Assembly (NCBI GenBank): GCA_977016875.1
Contig: CDRNST010000008.1
Coordinates: forward strand, 1,736,001-1,800,000
DNA: 64,000 bases
Direction: 5' to 3'
Source: Pavona decussata
Lineage: Eukaryota
The position numbers and the translations under genes are program-made. This document shows, piece by piece, positions 61,700 to 64,000 of this stretch (its first letter is position 1; each line of letters starts with the position of its first letter). The notes beneath the pieces are model-generated. The model ran no database searches and was not told the DNA's origin. It worked only from the letters and a program-made list of their open reading frames with translations.

Positions 61700-62062
61700 C
61701 AGTGTTTGTACCCTTTTTTGGACTTAAAATTCAAGTACTTTTCAAGGACTTTCAAGGACACATTTTCCGTTTTTCAAGGACTCCATGCAGCGCAAAATCA
61801 AGCCAATAAAATACCAAATCAGCTACTCATAGTTCAGGGAGTGTGCCTGCCAGACAGGTAATCACCTTTTCTGTGATGTCGGTGTTTGATGTTTTTTGCC
61901 TTTCAAGTGACTTGTGAGCGCCGACTCTCCAATGTTCAAAATGTCAACATCCTTCATGCACACGATGCATCCTGCCTTGTGCTTGTCACCCTTGATTTTT
62001 CGTAGCCACTCTTTATCCAGCGCTTTCTGAAGCCATAAGTCGCTGAAAACACACTTGCCCAT
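61700..62062 (-). mobile_element. hAT remnant: N-terminal zinc finger of a transposase next to a TTCAAGGAC-repeat terminus
   Basis: MGKCVFSDLWL....KEWL.......AGCIVCMK...I.N.GESALTSHLKGKKHQ; subterminal TTCAAGGAC repeats at 61730-61781. Confidence 0.7.
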
Positions 62063-62491
62063 GGTTGTAAATCTTTTACCGTGAAACAGTCCGACCAGGA
62101 ACACCCACGCAAACAACGAAGCTCTCGAACGCGAAGCACATGCTTTCGCAGAAAGAGGGAATAGTACTAAAACTTTTCATTGCAGGTATTGAACCAATAA
62201 CAGCATTGATTATAGCCAAGAACAGGAATAATCAATAGTTGTGCCCGGGACGCTTGATGGACGTTCGGAGAGGTGTAATGATCATTTTTATTTGTTTTTT
62301 CTTTACACCTTTTGCCCTTCATTATCAGGAAATAAATTTTCATTAGCGTGAAAACATTGGTTAATAAAATTAATATATAATCAGTTTAACTAGGAAATCA
62401 AACATTTCAATTTGTGGCACAGTCATTAAGGAGTTTTGCATCGAAAAGAAGATTCATTAAGCCCAATTAGAACAGTGTTTTATCGAAAACA

Positions 62492-63932
62492 TTTTTTTTA
62501 AAGAACACTTTATTGAGTACTTCAGAACAGTACATTTCATTAATTGTATTACTGTATGACACTACATTACAAAACAAAAAAGAAGCATACTTAACTATAG
62601 TTACCTACACAACAAACTAGCTACACAACTTACAATACAGCTAACACCTGTACTAACAATTATATCGTTACTTGCAATACGATACTAATTACTTACAATA
62701 CTTACAATACGGTACTAACGATGTTAACAATACTTATGATACTTTTAAAACTACAAACTTAAGCAACAAATTACTCAATTACACATTACTTGCTGGCACA
62801 TGGCAGCCTTGCCAAGGAATATAGCAAAAAAAAAAAAAACAGGAAATAAAATTAAAAGGCTCAAAGACTTATTTGCAACTTAGATTTGTGTTTTTCAATT
62901 TCAAGGTGACTCTTTAATATAGCACAATAGGCTTCCCAGATATACTCTTCTTCTCTTCGTGACGCAGTATAGATGTAGTATTTGGCAATAATTAAACAGA
63001 GGTTCACGCCAAGACAACGAGAGAGATCTCTAGTGAATCCCTATATTATTTCTTGTTCTGATAAGGTGATTGAAGTTAGGGTTTTTCCCTACCACCAGAG
63101 GAAAAATTCAGTCCAAAAAGTCTGCACAAAAGGGCAAGTTACGAATAGGTGTTTCAATGTTTGTTTCTCGTTACAAAAGTGGCATTGCTCTTTTTGAACA
63201 AGCGAATCCCTGAAAAGAGTGGCATTAGTTGGTAAAATATGATGAATGATCTTAAACTGAAAGATAGCAAGTCTAATGTCTCTAGTAACTTTGAAGGGAA
63301 TGCTGTAAGTGAGTCGTATCGATTCTTTGTCGAAGTTAGCCTGTTTTATCCTCCTCTCTGCTGTAGGTCTTTCCAATTTCTTTTGCACCAACATTTGGTT
63401 TGCAACTTTGCAAGAAATTTTGTCTGGAGAAATGTTGTTATTGTTATTTATGGAACTCGTTATAGGACCGCTTCTACCTTTTAATAAATTAATCCATTCT
63501 TGAGGGATCGCGTGGCAAAGGCCATAATACTTCAGAAAGTTAGTCTTTAACTGAAATGTGGATACAAAGTCATTAAAGGTTAAGAAAGAGTCACCTTTGA
63601 AAATATCACTGACTTTAGTAATGCCAGCTTCATGCCACTGTTTGTAATATACTGAGGATCCATTAATTTTAATAAACCTATTATTCCAGATATTTTCATC
63701 TAGTATTTGCTTTTTGGATTCAGGAGTAGAGCAAACTAGTTTTTCCCAAGCTTCTAAGGCTTCTTTATAAAAATCAAGAGGTATGTGGGCTTTTAGGAAC
63801 CTCAGATCGAAATTGCATTCAAAAAGAAATCAGCGACCAACGTTTTTTTAGATGTGCGAGAGGAATGTAACTCCAGCTGGTAGCCAGATTACTGCCATTT
63901 AATCGTTTTATCCATGTGACTTTGAGATCATG
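62492..63932 (-). mobile_element. 5'-truncated L1/Tx1-clade LINE (ORF2 C-terminus, zf-RVT, 3' UTR, polyA)
   Basis: IWNNRFIKI, FQFKIIHHILPTN..L, CHFCNEKQTLKHLFVTC, IIAKYYIY; AATAAA plus an A-tail at ~62492-62513. Confidence 0.9.
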
Positions 63933-64000
63933 CGGGGGTCTGAGGAGTGCGAACGCACATTTTGTTGCCCCAACAAAATGTCGAGCTGAAAAACTATCTA

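Overview
This is AT-rich eukaryotic DNA with GT-AG introns. The repeat repertoire suggests a marine invertebrate, probably a stony coral or other cnidarian (inference). The window is essentially a nested transposon graveyard. Left to right it holds: a spliced OTU-deubiquitinase pseudogene; a Harbinger element (Myb/SANT-like gene plus transposase) with a second deleted Harbinger inside it; an L2 fragment; a MULE-like transposase (GCM-like zinc finger, DDE, SWIM) split by a TA-MITE; an Ig-like/kinase pseudogene with an apparent internal inversion; a bipartite RTE; a spliced BEN-domain pseudogene; a TIR element with a retroviral-type integrase and a 6-bp TSD; and a P-like transposase head-to-head with a HIRAN-like gene. 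Next is a multi-exon RAG1/Transib-like transposase (about 35.4-49.9 kb) that appears to continue into Ulp1/SENP protease exons (51.1-53.0 kb). Its introns hold a DIRS/Ngaro retrotransposon, TTAA MITEs, two tRNA-Arg genes plus a pseudo-tRNA, and a 4-kb foldback element. The rest contains Penelope, L2, hAT and L1/Tx1 fragments and one apparently intact two-exon C2H2 gene (59969-60753). Exon models and family calls were made by eye from motifs, with no database searches, so boundaries of degraded features are approximate.
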